A stretch of DNA of 54,585 nt. Origin: Rhodospirillales bacterium. Its GTDB lineage: Bacteria > Pseudomonadota > Alphaproteobacteria > Rhodospirillales > UBA2165. This document shows positions 1 to 8,861 of the stretch, one piece after another. The stretch is from positions 1 to 54,585 of the forward strand of contig JAYGEH010000054.1 in assembly GCA_046582475.1 (NCBI GenBank). The letters are read 5' to 3'. The notes under the pieces are model-generated. The model was not told the DNA's origin and made no database searches. It worked only from the letters and a program-made list of their open reading frames with translations. Positions within the stretch are counted from its first letter, which is position 1; each line of letters starts with the position of its first letter. Both the position numbers and the translations under genes were made by a program.

Positions 1-186
1 ATGAAACCCAAGCTCCGCACCGACCTGCTTGCTGGTCAAACCGTCGGCGCACCGAAGGATGATGCGACAACGATCAGAAAGTGAGCGAGGGGCTCTGTGA
101 CGACGCACTTGCCGCTCCAGATAACGACGCTCATCATCACCCAACAACAACGCAACATTCGGCCGTCCGCGAAATCCAACCATCAT
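1..186 (-). mobile_element. IS630-family transposase, 5' end only (runs off the window)
   Basis: Minus-strand ATGATG at 186-181 is preceded by GGAGGA (196-191). The translation MMVGFRGRPNVALLLGDDERRYLERQVRRHRAPRSLSDRCRIILRCADGLTSKQVGAELGFH has the layout of the N-terminal HTH of IS630/Tc1-type transposases. Confidence 0.55.
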
Positions 187-263
187 TGATCCTCCGAAAA
201 AATCTCTGCGAAGGTATTACCGAATATTCTATTAATGTATCGTTATTCGGTTCTAGATGACTA

Positions 264-532
264 GGTCATGGACTCATAAATGGCGGCGAGCTGTGATCTG
301 CAAATAGCCTGTTTCGGTAGGAGAGTGCGCGAAAGCGGGGCCTCAGCCCCGGTGAGGGCGCCGGACGCACCGAAACGGGCTATTTGCCGACCCCCCTCGG
401 GGCGTGGTTCTTTTGCCCGCTGGACGGCGTTGCGTCGTCGGTCATGATGCTTTGGCATCACTCCCTCCTATCTCCTTGCCAGCAAACAAAATAACACACG
501 TCACAGTCGTCGCCATTTATGAGTCCAAGACC
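264..532. mobile_element. MITE-like element (family C) with 22-bp terminal inverted repeats, flanked by TA
   Basis: The left end GGTCATGGACTCATAAATGGCG (264-285) matches the reverse complement of the right end (511-532) at 21 of 22 positions. TA lies at 262-263 and 533-534, and the left flank reads CTAG. An internal 19-bp inverted repeat pairs 300-318 with 369-387 (one mismatch). No credible ORF. Confidence 0.6.
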
Positions 533-536
533 TAAC

Positions 537-1550
537 TCAAGGCCCCTCGCAGAGGATCGGCCAGATCAGGCGGGTGCCGGCGGGCTCGATCCTGCCGCCG
601 GTGGTCTTATAGGGGATGCGGACGGTCTTGGCCGCCGCGCCCAAGGCGCGCACCGCATGATTGTCGGTGACCTTTTGCGCCGCCATCAAATACAGCGCCA
701 GGGGATCGAAATAGTGCATATTTTTCGGCACCACCTTGATCTCGGTGCTTTTGTATTCGCCCGTCGGCGCCACGTAGATGGACAGGTGCAAATGCGGATA
801 ACCCTGGCGCCCGAAATGGCCGCCAACGGTGCCGGTCTTGCCCGAATGGCCGATCACCTGCCCCATTTTCACCCGGTCGCCCACTTTTAGCGCCGGCAAT
901 TCCCGGAAATGCTTGTATTTGGAATAGAGGAATACGCTGAGGCCGGTATCGTTCGGGGTGTGGCGCAGATAGATCTGATTGCCGACCAGCCGGCCGCCGG
1001 TATAACGGTGCACCACTTCACCGTCGGCGAGCGCGACCAGCGCGGTGCCTTCGGCCGCCGATATATCAAAGCCTTCATGATAGCCCTGGTAGAACCGGGG
1101 CGTCCGTCGGGAGCCGTCATAACGGGTCTGATCGCCGAACAAGGATTTCACTTCCAGGCATTTGGCATCGGCCGGATAGACCGCCGTCACGCCGGTATTA
1201 AAGAGCCCGGCGCGTTCCTGAATTTCGCGCGGCAGGGTCGGGTTCAAATCACCCGCGATTGCCGGTTGGGGTTTGCGCTGGGGTTTTGCGCCGCCGGCCA
1301 TGCGTTTTTGGATAAAGGCGCGGCGTTCGCGCCTGGAAAGATCGAAAAACTGCCGCCGTTCGGACCCCGTCAGACCCTGGATGATCTCCCGCGCCGCCGG
1401 ACTCGGGCCGCCTTGCGCCTCGGCGGCCGGTATCGGCAGCATTGCCGCGGCCGCGGCCGCCAATCCCGTGGCAAAGGCCAGCATTACGCCAGATCTCAAT
1501 CCATCGGGTTCCATGCGCTTGATGATAACAAAATTCCGCGACTCACGCAT
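537..1550 (-). CDS. M23 family metallopeptidase (LytM-type), secreted
   Basis: 337-aa ORF with a hydrophobic N-terminus ending AAEAQ. M23 signatures HEGFDI and GYPHLHLSIY are present. The start codon is uncertain (1550 or 1514). Confidence 0.85.
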   Translation of the reverse strand: MRESRNFVIIKRMEPDGLRSGVMLAFATGLAAAAAAMLPIPAAEAQGGPSPAAREIIQGLTGSERRQFFDLSRRERRAFIQKRMAGGAKPQRKPQPAIAGDLNPTLPREIQERAGLFNTGVTAVYPADAKCLEVKSLFGDQTRYDGSRRTPRFYQGYHEGFDISAAEGTALVALADGEVVHRYTGGRLVGNQIYLRHTPNDTGLSVFLYSKYKHFRELPALKVGDRVKMGQVIGHSGKTGTVGGHFGRQGYPHLHLSIYVAPTGEYKSTEIKVVPKNMHYFDPLALYLMAAQKVTDNHAVRALGAAAKTVRIPYKTTGGRIEPAGTRLIWPILCEGP

Positions 1551-1651
1551 TATTTACCGTAACCGGGCCTATTATGACTGGCCTCGGGATCGGTTAATTG
1601 AGAGATTAAGGCGGCGATTTTGTTCGCCAAGTAACTTTGGAATTTGCACCA

Positions 1652-2182
1652 ATGAAAACGATACGCGCAATCATAATTTTTGCTTTCGGCGCCTTTCTGT
1701 TGTCCGCCGCGCCAAACGCCAATGCCGGGCCGGGGCTCAAGCTCTCGGAAAGCGTCAAGGCCGGATTGATGTCCATGCGGCCGGTTCGCGGCCAGCCGGT
1801 CGGGCCTGAATTTTTCGACGGCAAGCCAACCATGGTGATATTCTTCGCCAGTTGGTGAGGCACTTGCCGTTCTGAGTTCGTGCAACTCAGCAACTATCTG
1901 GCGGACGGCGGCGCCGGCGAGCTTAATGTCGTCGCCATCGCCTGGACCGAGGGCCGCTACGGATTTGCCTCGCCGGCGCGCCTGCGCAGCTTCATCAGAG
2001 ATTTCCATCCGTCGATCCGCGTGGTCCATGCCAATCCACGTGTCGAGAAGGATTTTGCGCCGCTGGTCTATGTGCCGGCGAACTTCGCCTTCGACGGCAA
2101 GGGCCGGTTGCGCCTGGGCGACGGCAACCGTATGCATCTCAACCGCAAACAGATTGCCTTTATCGTCGATAAGATAAAATAA
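1652..2182 (+). CDS. TlpA/ResA-like thioredoxin-fold thiol:disulfide oxidoreductase; predicted selenoprotein (UGA 1856-1858 read as Sec)
   Basis: Track ORFs 1637..1858 and 1880..2182 share one frame. The joined protein reads ...GKPTMVIFFASW-U-GTCRSEFVQLSNYL..., so the TGA sits at the first Cys of the WCxxC motif. Signal peptide MKTIRAIIIFAFGAFLLSAAPNANA. A hairpin lies downstream of the TGA. Confidence 0.75.
1872..1890 (+). promoter_or_regulatory. Candidate bacterial SECIS hairpin for the TlpA-like gene
   Basis: CUGAGUU-CGUGC-AACUCAG forms a perfect 7-bp stem with a 5-nt loop containing GU. The stem starts 13 nt after UGA 1856-1858. Confidence 0.55.
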
Positions 2183-2234
2183 GGCGGGTTCCGGCAAAAC
2201 TGCCAGCCGGGCCAAATGCCTCCGCTGGCAACGC

Positions 2235-3512
2235 TTAGGCGCTGGCGCCGGCGGGCATCATCCGCATCCGCTCTTGCGGCAGACGCAGGCGGATGGTGGT
2301 TCCGGCGCCGGGATTGGAATCGATATTCAGCAATCCGTCGTGCAGCGCCATCAATCCCGAGGACAAAGGCAGTCCCAGTCCGGTGCCTTGGACGCCGTTT
2401 TCAATTTCGTGGGATATGCGGCCGAATTTTTCCATTGCCATGGCGATGTCATCGGAACTCATGCCGACGCCGGTATCGGCCACCGAGATTTGGCCACCGC
2501 CATCCTCGGTCTCGGCATAGTCGAGGGTCACCGATCCCGAACGCGGCGTAAATTTAACCGAATTGGTCAAGAGGTTGATCAGCACCTGTTTGATGCGGAG
2601 AACATCGCCGTAAATCCAGACGCCGTCGTCGGTGATATTGTTGGTTATGGTAACACCCATACTATCGGCCAGCGGCGCCATCAAAACGCAGCACGAATGG
2701 GCCAGGTCGGCCAGCGAAAACTCGGCCTCCCGCAATTCCAGGCTATTGCCCTCGATTGCGGAAATGTCGAGAATATCATTGACCAGCTCAAGAAGATGCT
2801 GGCCCGAAACCATGATATTTTTGATGTAACATTCCTGGCCGGAATTTTCCAGGGGCCCGCGCACGCCGTGCGACAAAGCATCGGAGAAACCGATAATCGC
2901 GTTCAAGGGGGTGCGGAATTCATGGCTCATATTGGCCAGAAACTGGGATTTCGCGTGGCTGGCGGCCTCGGCTTTTTCGACCGCGTGCAGCAGCGCTATT
3001 TCGGTATCCTTGCGTTCGGTGATTTCCTGGCGCAGCTCGCGGGTGCGCGACTCGATTAAACTTTCCAGATTGTTGTTGGCATCGACAAGCGCCTGCTCGG
3101 CATTTTTGCGGTCGCGGATTTCCTGGACCTGGCAGATGGTGTGTTCGGGATTGCCATCCCTGTCCAGCACCGCCGAGGAATGCAGCGCCACCCAAATCGG
3201 GCGGCCGTCTTTGTGGATGTAGCGTTTCTCGGTCTCGAAGCTGGAACCATCGCCTGCGTTCAGCCGGGCCAGAGCGTCAACGCCGATTTGCCGATCGTTT
3301 TCATGGGTGAATTCGGCGGAGGATTTGGCCAGAATTTCGTCTTTCGTATAGCCCAATAGATCACAGAACGCCGAATTGACCCAGCGAAAGCTGCCGTCCA
3401 ACTCCAGCATCAGCATGCCGACACCGATATCTTCAAAGGCGCGGTAAAACCGCTCGGTATCGGTCCAGATTTGCTCTTTCGCCTCGATGATGTTCAAAGG
3501 ACCTTCCACCAA
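2235..3512 (-). CDS. PAS-domain sensor histidine kinase (orphan)
   Basis: N-terminal PAS region, coiled linker, H-box MSHEFRTPLNAI, and HATPase boxes DTGVGM and GTGLGL. There is no adjacent response regulator. Confidence 0.9.
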   Translation of the reverse strand: MVEGPLNIIEAKEQIWTDTERFYRAFEDIGVGMLMLELDGSFRWVNSAFCDLLGYTKDEILAKSSAEFTHENDRQIGVDALARLNAGDGSSFETEKRYIHKDGRPIWVALHSSAVLDRDGNPEHTICQVQEIRDRKNAEQALVDANNNLESLIESRTRELRQEITERKDTEIALLHAVEKAEAASHAKSQFLANMSHEFRTPLNAIIGFSDALSHGVRGPLENSGQECYIKNIMVSGQHLLELVNDILDISAIEGNSLELREAEFSLADLAHSCCVLMAPLADSMGVTITNNITDDGVWIYGDVLRIKQVLINLLTNSVKFTPRSGSVTLDYAETEDGGGQISVADTGVGMSSDDIAMAMEKFGRISHEIENGVQGTGLGLPLSSGLMALHDGLLNIDSNPGAGTTIRLRLPQERMRMMPAGASA

Positions 3513-3668
3513 AATTATAACAACCTCAACACCGCCTTTGCGGCGGGGCGAGCGGGTAGCAGGCTTGGATATTGGTTTTCATCCCCGGAATTAATAGATG
3601 GCGGGACAAAAAAAAGCGGGATCGCCTGTGGATAAATTCGGATGCGGGATATCCGCGCCGTTTAGCGG

Positions 3669-4652
3669 TCACGCCAGATAGAGCGCATCCTCGGGCGGCA
3701 GGTCGAGAAGCCCGCCCAAATCGGCCCCGCCGCCGCCACTGCCATTGACGAAAAACTGCAGCCGGTTGCCGCAAGGGTCCTTGATATGGATGGCGCGCCG
3801 GGCCGCATGTTCGCTCACCCTTTCAATGGCGACGCCGCGCTTGGCGCACAATTCCAGCGCCCGCTCGAAGGCGGCATCGCTGATCAACTCGAACCCGCCA
3901 TGGTGAAACCCGGCCTCCCATCCCGGCTGGCGTCGAAACAGGGCCAGGCTTTGCTCACCGACGCTGCCCGCCAGCAGGGTGAAATCCGCCTCCGGTCCGC
4001 CCACCAAGACCCGAAGGCCGACCAGCCGGGTATAGAGATCCAGCATGGCGCCGTAATCATCGGCGATAAGCGCATAATGGGCGGCGCGTCGGGTATGAAA
4101 GACGGCATCCTCGACGATGAAGATTTCCGGATCGACCGGATAACAAGGCACGCCCACCGGCGGCGTCGCCCCCGGCTGCCAATCGGGATTTCGGTTCGGG
4201 CCGACGATCTCGCCGGTGCGTTCCTCCCGCCAGTCGGCCTTGACGTCGGCATAAACCTCGAACCGGTTGCCCTCGGGATCGTGGCCGTAACAGCAATGGG
4301 CGACATCGGCGGACAGGTTCCAGTCGAATTCAAATCCGTATTTGCCGATATTGGCGTAATCCTCCACCAACTCGGTCTCGGTCTCCAGCTCAAAGGCGGC
4401 GTGATGCATGCCGTTGACGCGCCCCTCGCCTCTGGGCCCAGTGACGTCAAAGATCGCCGTATCATGGTAGGTATTGCCGTTGGAAAGGAAATAGGCCTTT
4501 AGGCCGGGGCGTGTATAGACGGTCTGAAGGCCCGCCACATCCCGGTAGAATTCCGCCGTTTTGGCCACATCGCTGACCCAATAATTGACATGCCCCAAGC
4601 GGCGCGGCCGGAAAATGCCGCGGCTGAAAGTTTTGCTGTCATCCATCATCAC
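3669..4652 (-). CDS. Two-domain VOC superfamily protein (type I extradiol dioxygenase-like)
   Basis: 327 aa with two glyoxalase/VOC modules (LGHVNYWVSDV...HHAAFE and a second half ending HIKDPCGNRLQFF). Confidence 0.75.
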   Translation of the reverse strand: MMMDDSKTFSRGIFRPRRLGHVNYWVSDVAKTAEFYRDVAGLQTVYTRPGLKAYFLSNGNTYHDTAIFDVTGPRGEGRVNGMHHAAFELETETELVEDYANIGKYGFEFDWNLSADVAHCCYGHDPEGNRFEVYADVKADWREERTGEIVGPNRNPDWQPGATPPVGVPCYPVDPEIFIVEDAVFHTRRAAHYALIADDYGAMLDLYTRLVGLRVLVGGPEADFTLLAGSVGEQSLALFRRQPGWEAGFHHGGFELISDAAFERALELCAKRGVAIERVSEHAARRAIHIKDPCGNRLQFFVNGSGGGGADLGGLLDLPPEDALYLA

Positions 4653-4695
4653 CTGTCCTCCCGCCGGTTATCTTAAGCCCATTGCCGGCGAGGGG

Positions 4696-4966
4696 CTAGA
4701 GCGGTTCCGAACAAATAGGAACCATTTAACCGGGATGATTTTGCCCCGTGGCGAGGAGCGCGCCGCATGGCGATGCATGGCATCGGCAAAGATGTGCGAC
4801 GACGTCCACGGTTCAAAAGCACCCTGCCTGCGGTGGGTCGAATCGGCTCCCCGGGGGGCGTTGCGGCGCTTGCCCGATGCAATGGCATCGCGCGGCGCAC
4901 CGCGCCTACCCGGAAAACCGATTTGTTCCCATCAAATTGATTCCTATTTGTTCGGAACCGCTCTAG
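4696..4966. mobile_element. MITE-like element, family A, copy 1
   Basis: Perfect 26-bp terminal inverted repeats: CTAGAGCGGTTCCGAACAAATAGGAA (4696-4721) against 4941-4966. Both ends lie in CTAG. A second, inverted copy is at 39968-40254. Confidence 0.75.
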
Positions 4967-5661
4967 GCCAGATCAAACAGCAGCGCTTCGGTATCCGCAC
5001 CGGCCTCGAACAAGACCGAGGCTTCGCCCTCCAGAGCCGCCGCGTCGCCCGCCGACAAGGTTTCGCCGTTAACGCTCAAGCTGCCCCAGGCCACCTGCAC
5101 CCAGATATTGCGCCCGGTTGCCGGGTTGTAGGTTTCGCGTTCCTCGGCGCCCAGTCGGAGCACGTACAAATCCACATCCCGGTGAATGGTAACGCCGCCC
5201 TTGGCGCCGCCCTTCGATCCGACGCAGATCAAGGCGCCGCCGGTCTCCCGGGTTGGTACGTCCTGCTGTTCGTAGGAAGGCAGCAGGCCCACGGTATCGG
5301 GAATGATCCAGATTTGGAAAAAATGATTGCCGTCATCCTGGGACGGATTGAATTCCGAATGCTGGATACCGGTGCCGGCGCTCATTTTTTGAATCTCGCC
5401 GCGCCGGATGATGGAACCGTTGCCCATGTTATCCTGGTGTTCGAGCTGGCCCTCCAGCACATAGGAGATGATTTCCATATCCCGGTGGCCATGGGTGGGA
5501 AAGCCGCCCGCGGCAACGATGCGGTCCTCGTTGATAACCCGCAACGCGCCGAACCCCATATGGTTGGGGTCATGGTAATCGGCGAAGGAAAATGTGTGTT
5601 TGCTGTCCAGCCAATCCAACTTGGCGGCGCCCCTTTCGTCGCTTTTTCGTATCTGGATCAT
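4963..5661 (-). CDS. Pirin family protein
   Basis: 232 aa with the cupin metal motif GFPTHGHRDMEIISYVLEG...H and a C-terminal pirin domain. The stop TAG (4965-4963) lies inside the MITE-A terminal CTAG. Confidence 0.9.
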   Translation of the reverse strand: MIQIRKSDERGAAKLDWLDSKHTFSFADYHDPNHMGFGALRVINEDRIVAAGGFPTHGHRDMEIISYVLEGQLEHQDNMGNGSIIRRGEIQKMSAGTGIQHSEFNPSQDDGNHFFQIWIIPDTVGLLPSYEQQDVPTRETGGALICVGSKGGAKGGVTIHRDVDLYVLRLGAEERETYNPATGRNIWVQVAWGSLSVNGETLSAGDAAALEGEASVLFEAGADTEALLFDLA

Positions 5662-5689
5662 CGGTTTTCTCTCTTTCTTTGCTCTTATA

Positions 5690-5945
5690 CCAAGGATCAG
5701 TGATCATGACCGATAGAGACGGCCTAGCAAGATTTTTGGCAAGGAGCGTGCCCCGCGGCGCCGCGGGGCATCGCAAAGCGTGCGCGACGCTGCCCGAAAG
5801 CCTTGCTCGGCCGCCGTTGCGGTCGCCCATGCGGCCCGCGGAGGGCGTCAGAAGCGCGGGCCGATGTCCCGCATCGCCGGCACGCTCCTTCCTACCCGGC
5901 GGACGGCATGGGCGATCTCTATGGGTCATGATCAATGATCCTTGG
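5690..5945. mobile_element. MITE-like element, family B
   Basis: CCAAGGATCAGTGATCATGACC (5690-5711) matches the reverse complement of 5924-5945 at 21 of 22 positions. TA lies at 5688-5689 and 5946-5947. There are further internal inverted repeats (GGCAAGGAGCGTGCC / GGCACGCTCCTTCC). Confidence 0.65.
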
Positions 5946-5947
5946 TA

Positions 5948-6640
5948 TTAAGCCATATCGAATATCAGCAGCACCGCCGCCTCGATGGCGGTGATGGTCA
6001 CAGTGTTTATGCCTTCCACCGCCGCGCCGTCGCCGGCGGCGATAATAGCATCGCCCAGGGCTGCCGCCCCGCTGGCCACCTGCACCCAGGCGCGGCGCCC
6101 GGGCGCCAGGCTCAGCGCGGCCTTTTGGCCAGCCTCCAGCTGGCCCGAATAGAGCCGCAAATCGGCGTGGATGGCAACGCCGCCTTCGGGCCGCAGCGGC
6201 GCGCCGATCAAGGTCAGCCCGGCGCCGGCGCCATTGAGAGACATCTGCTCGTAGCCCGGCTCGAGCCCGATCTCGGCGGGCCTGATCCAGATTTGCAGGG
6301 AATGGCTGATCTCGGTCTGCGACGAATTATATTCAGAATGGACAACGCCGGTGCCGGCGCTCATGCGCTGAATTTCGCCTTCGCCGATGCGCCCCTTGCC
6401 GCCGGTGGAATCTTCGTGGCGCATGCCGCCGGCCACCATAAAGGTGACAATCTCCATATCCTGGTGCGGGTGCATGGGAAACCCCTGGCCCGGCTGGATG
6501 ATCGTTTCGGCGATGGAGATCAGCGCGCCATAGCCGTTTGGGCGGGGATCAACGGAATTGTCGGCGGCGAAGCTGCGGATGATTTGCACCCAGCCCCGGT
6601 CGGTAGTGATACGGTCGCCGCTTTTGAATTTCTCGATCAT
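5948..6640 (-). CDS. Pirin family protein (second paralogue)
   Basis: Starts [17 protein letters not shown] and carries [19 protein letters not shown]. Its ATG (6640-6638) overlaps the tgt stop TGA (6639-6637). Confidence 0.9.
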   Translation of the reverse strand: MIEKFKSGDRITTDRGWVQIIRSFAADNSVDPRPNGYGALISIAETIIQPGQGFPMHPHQDMEIVTFMVAGGMRHEDSTGGKGRIGEGEIQRMSAGTGVVHSEYNSSQTEISHSLQIWIRPAEIGLEPGYEQMSLNGAGAGLTLIGAPLRPEGGVAIHADLRLYSGQLEAGQKAALSLAPGRRAWVQVASGAAALGDAIIAAGDGAAVEGINTVTITAIEAAVLLIFDMA

Positions 6641-7761
6641 GGTTCGATATCGCCCAAAGCTTGGCGGCTGTGAAATTCCTTGGCAAATTCTTCGAGCCCG
6701 CCGGCCTCGATGGCGGCGCGGAGACCCGTCATCAGGTCCTGATAATACTGCAGATTGTGCCAGGTCAAAAGCATCGGCCCGAGAATTTCGTCGGCCTTGA
6801 AAAGATGGTGCAGGTAGGCACGGCTGTGCCCGGTGCAGGCCGGGCAGGTGCAGGCCGCATCGATGGGGCGCGCATCCTCGGCGTGGCGGGCATTGCGGAT
6901 ATTGATCGATCCCCGGGGGGTGAAGCCCTTGCCGGTGCGCCCGGACCGGGTCGGCATGACGCAATCGAACATATCGATGCCGCGCGCCACGGCGCCGACC
7001 AGATCGGCGGGCGTGCCGACGCCCATCAAATAGCGCGGCCGCGCCTCGGGCAAATGGGTTACCAATCCATCCAGGACGCCGAACATCACCTCCTGGCCCT
7101 CGCCGATGGCGAGGCCGCCGACGGCGTAACCATCGAAGCCGATCGCGGTCAGCGCCGCCGCCGATTGCTGGCGAAGATCATCGAACACGCCGCCCTGGAC
7201 AATGCCGAACAAGCCATAGCCGGGGCGCACCCGGAAGGCGGACTTGGAGCGTTCCGCCCAGCGGTGGGTCAGTTCCATGGATTTGGCGATGGCGTCCTTG
7301 TCGCCGCTCATGGCAGGGCATTCGTCCAGCACCATGGTCACGTCGGCGTCCAGCAGGCGCTGAATTTCCACCGAGCTTTCCGGGCTCAGGGTGTGGCTGG
7401 CGCCATCGATATGGGATTGGAAGGTGACGCCGTCCTCGGTCATGGTGCGCAGCTTGGAAAGCGACATCACCTGGAAGCCGCCGGAATCGGTCAGGATCGG
7501 GCCCGGCCAATTCATGAATTCGTGCAGTCCGCCGAGGCGCTCAATGGTTTCGGCGCCGGGGCGCAGCATCAGATGATAGGTGTTGCCGAGCACCATTTCG
7601 GCGCCGGTGGCGGCGACCGCCTCGGAGGTCATGGCCTTCACCGTGCCCGCCGTACCCACGGGCATGAAGGCCGGCGTTTCCAATGTGCCGTGATTGGTGC
7701 TTAATCGGCCCCGGCGGGCGGCGCCGTCCCTGGCCAGAATTTCATAGGCGAAACCGCTCAT
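6637..7761 (-). CDS. tgt: tRNA-guanine(34) transglycosylase
   Basis: MSGFAYEI...[16 protein letters not shown], and the Zn site [17 protein letters not shown]. The longer track ORF up to 8115 is an upstream artefact. Confidence 0.95.
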   Translation of the reverse strand: MSGFAYEILARDGAARRGRLSTNHGTLETPAFMPVGTAGTVKAMTSEAVAATGAEMVLGNTYHLMLRPGAETIERLGGLHEFMNWPGPILTDSGGFQVMSLSKLRTMTEDGVTFQSHIDGASHTLSPESSVEIQRLLDADVTMVLDECPAMSGDKDAIAKSMELTHRWAERSKSAFRVRPGYGLFGIVQGGVFDDLRQQSAAALTAIGFDGYAVGGLAIGEGQEVMFGVLDGLVTHLPEARPRYLMGVGTPADLVGAVARGIDMFDCVMPTRSGRTGKGFTPRGSINIRNARHAEDARPIDAACTCPACTGHSRAYLHHLFKADEILGPMLLTWHNLQYYQDLMTGLRAAIEAGGLEEFAKEFHSRQALGDIEP

Positions 7762-8792
7762 TACCCATTCCGTTCCAGCAAGCAGGCATCGCCGTAGGAG
7801 AAGAATCGGTAGCGCGCTTTTATGGCGTGGGCGTAGGCGGCGCGCATGCGCTCCAGCCCGGCGAAGGCGGCGACCAACATAAAAAGGGTGGAGCGCGGCA
7901 GATGAAAATTGGTGACCATGGCATCGGCAATTTTGAAGCGGTATCCGGGCGTCATAAAGATATCGGTCTCGCCGGTAAAGGGGGCCAGGCGCCCATCCGC
8001 GCCGGCCGCCGTTTCCAGGAGCCGGAGCGCGGTGGAACCGGCGGCGACGATACGCCCGCCGGCCTGCCGCGCCCCGTTGATGGCCGCCGCCGCCGCCTCG
8101 CTGATCTCGCCCCATTCGGTGTGCATGACGTGATCTCGGGTATCGTCCACCTTCACCGGCAGAAACGTCCCGGCGCCCACATGCAGGGTGACGAGCGTAT
8201 TGTTTACGCCGCGCGTGGCCAGCGCATCGATGATCGCCGGCGTGAAATGCAGGCCCGCCGTCGGCGCCGCGACGGCGCCGGGGCGCGCCGCGAACAAGGT
8301 CTGGTAATCGGCGATGTCGGCCGCCGCGCCGGTTTTAGGCCGCTTGATATAGGGCGGCAGGGGCATGATGCCGTGCCGGTCCAACTTGGCCAGCAGCGGC
8401 GCGCGGCCGAGCCCGAATTCCAGCCGCACTTCGCCGCCGTCCCGCTTCTCGGCGACCCGTGCCTTGAAATCCGGCGCGAAGGTTATTGTATCGCCGATGC
8501 GCAACCGTTTGGCGGGCCGGGCGAAGGCCCACCAGCCGCCGCCGGACACCTCTTTATGCAGGGTCACTTCCACATTGGCTTCGCCGCGCCGGCCGGTGAG
8601 GCGCGACGGGATCACGCTTGTATTGTTGCACACCAGCATATCGCCGGCCCGCAGCAGGTCAGGCAAATCGGTGATCTTGTGATCGGTAAAACTGGCATCC
8701 ACGTGCAAAAGCCGCGCCGCGTCCCTCGGGCGCGCCGGATGCTGGGCGATCAAATCCTGGGGCAATTCGAAATCAAATCCATCGACGCGCAT
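7761..8792 (-). CDS. queA: S-adenosylmethionine:tRNA ribosyltransferase-isomerase
   Basis: 343 aa with [23 protein letters not shown] and [10 protein letters not shown]. The stop TAA (7763-7761) overlaps the tgt ATG by 1 nt. Confidence 0.95.
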   Translation of the reverse strand: MRVDGFDFELPQDLIAQHPARPRDAARLLHVDASFTDHKITDLPDLLRAGDMLVCNNTSVIPSRLTGRRGEANVEVTLHKEVSGGGWWAFARPAKRLRIGDTITFAPDFKARVAEKRDGGEVRLEFGLGRAPLLAKLDRHGIMPLPPYIKRPKTGAAADIADYQTLFAARPGAVAAPTAGLHFTPAIIDALATRGVNNTLVTLHVGAGTFLPVKVDDTRDHVMHTEWGEISEAAAAAINGARQAGGRIVAAGSTALRLLETAAGADGRLAPFTGETDIFMTPGYRFKIADAMVTNFHLPRSTLFMLVAAFAGLERMRAAYAHAIKARYRFFSYGDACLLERNG

Positions 8793-8861
8793 GACCAGCC
8801 GGACCGTATCGGATGCGTCGTTGCCTCACAATGAGTGATTAGTGGTGCGCCTTGATATAAG

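Noticed and set aside
1550-2215. The 221-aa minus-strand ORF antisense to the TlpA-like gene, and similar long antisense or out-of-frame ORFs throughout (e.g. 3786..4502, 6661..7704, 7683..8834, 25484..26794, 26807..28105, 33781..34713, 44461..45642)
   Set aside because: Each fully overlaps a gene with clear family signatures on the other strand or frame. They are Arg/Gly/Ala/Pro-rich, as expected for non-coding frames of high-GC DNA, and lack recognisable motifs.
3513-3668. A rho-independent terminator between the VOC gene and the histidine kinase (T8 run on the minus strand near 3610-3617, palindrome GCGGATATCCGC at about 3643-3654)
   Set aside because: The GC-rich palindrome is not adjacent to the U-run, and I could not draw a convincing stem directly preceding it. 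Left unannotated.
4748-4966. The 72-aa ORFs inside both MITE-A copies (4748..4966 + and 39968..40186 -) as a conserved small protein
   Set aside because: The similarity reflects nucleotide identity of the repeat. The copies differ by compensating 1-nt indels near the 5' end, so the N-terminal thirds are read in different frames. There is no RBS, and the ORF runs into the terminal inverted repeat.
6637-8115. N-terminally extended versions of real genes in the ORF track (tgt to 8115, pirin to 6964, NtaA-like to 17909, gpmI from 29555, korA from 36089, metX-side ORFs, chorismate mutase from 43280, yhhQ to 22410)
   Set aside because: The extensions are Arg/Pro-rich, overlap the upstream gene, and precede an internal Met that matches the family N-terminus, often with an SD or with stop-start overlap. 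The shorter coordinates are used.
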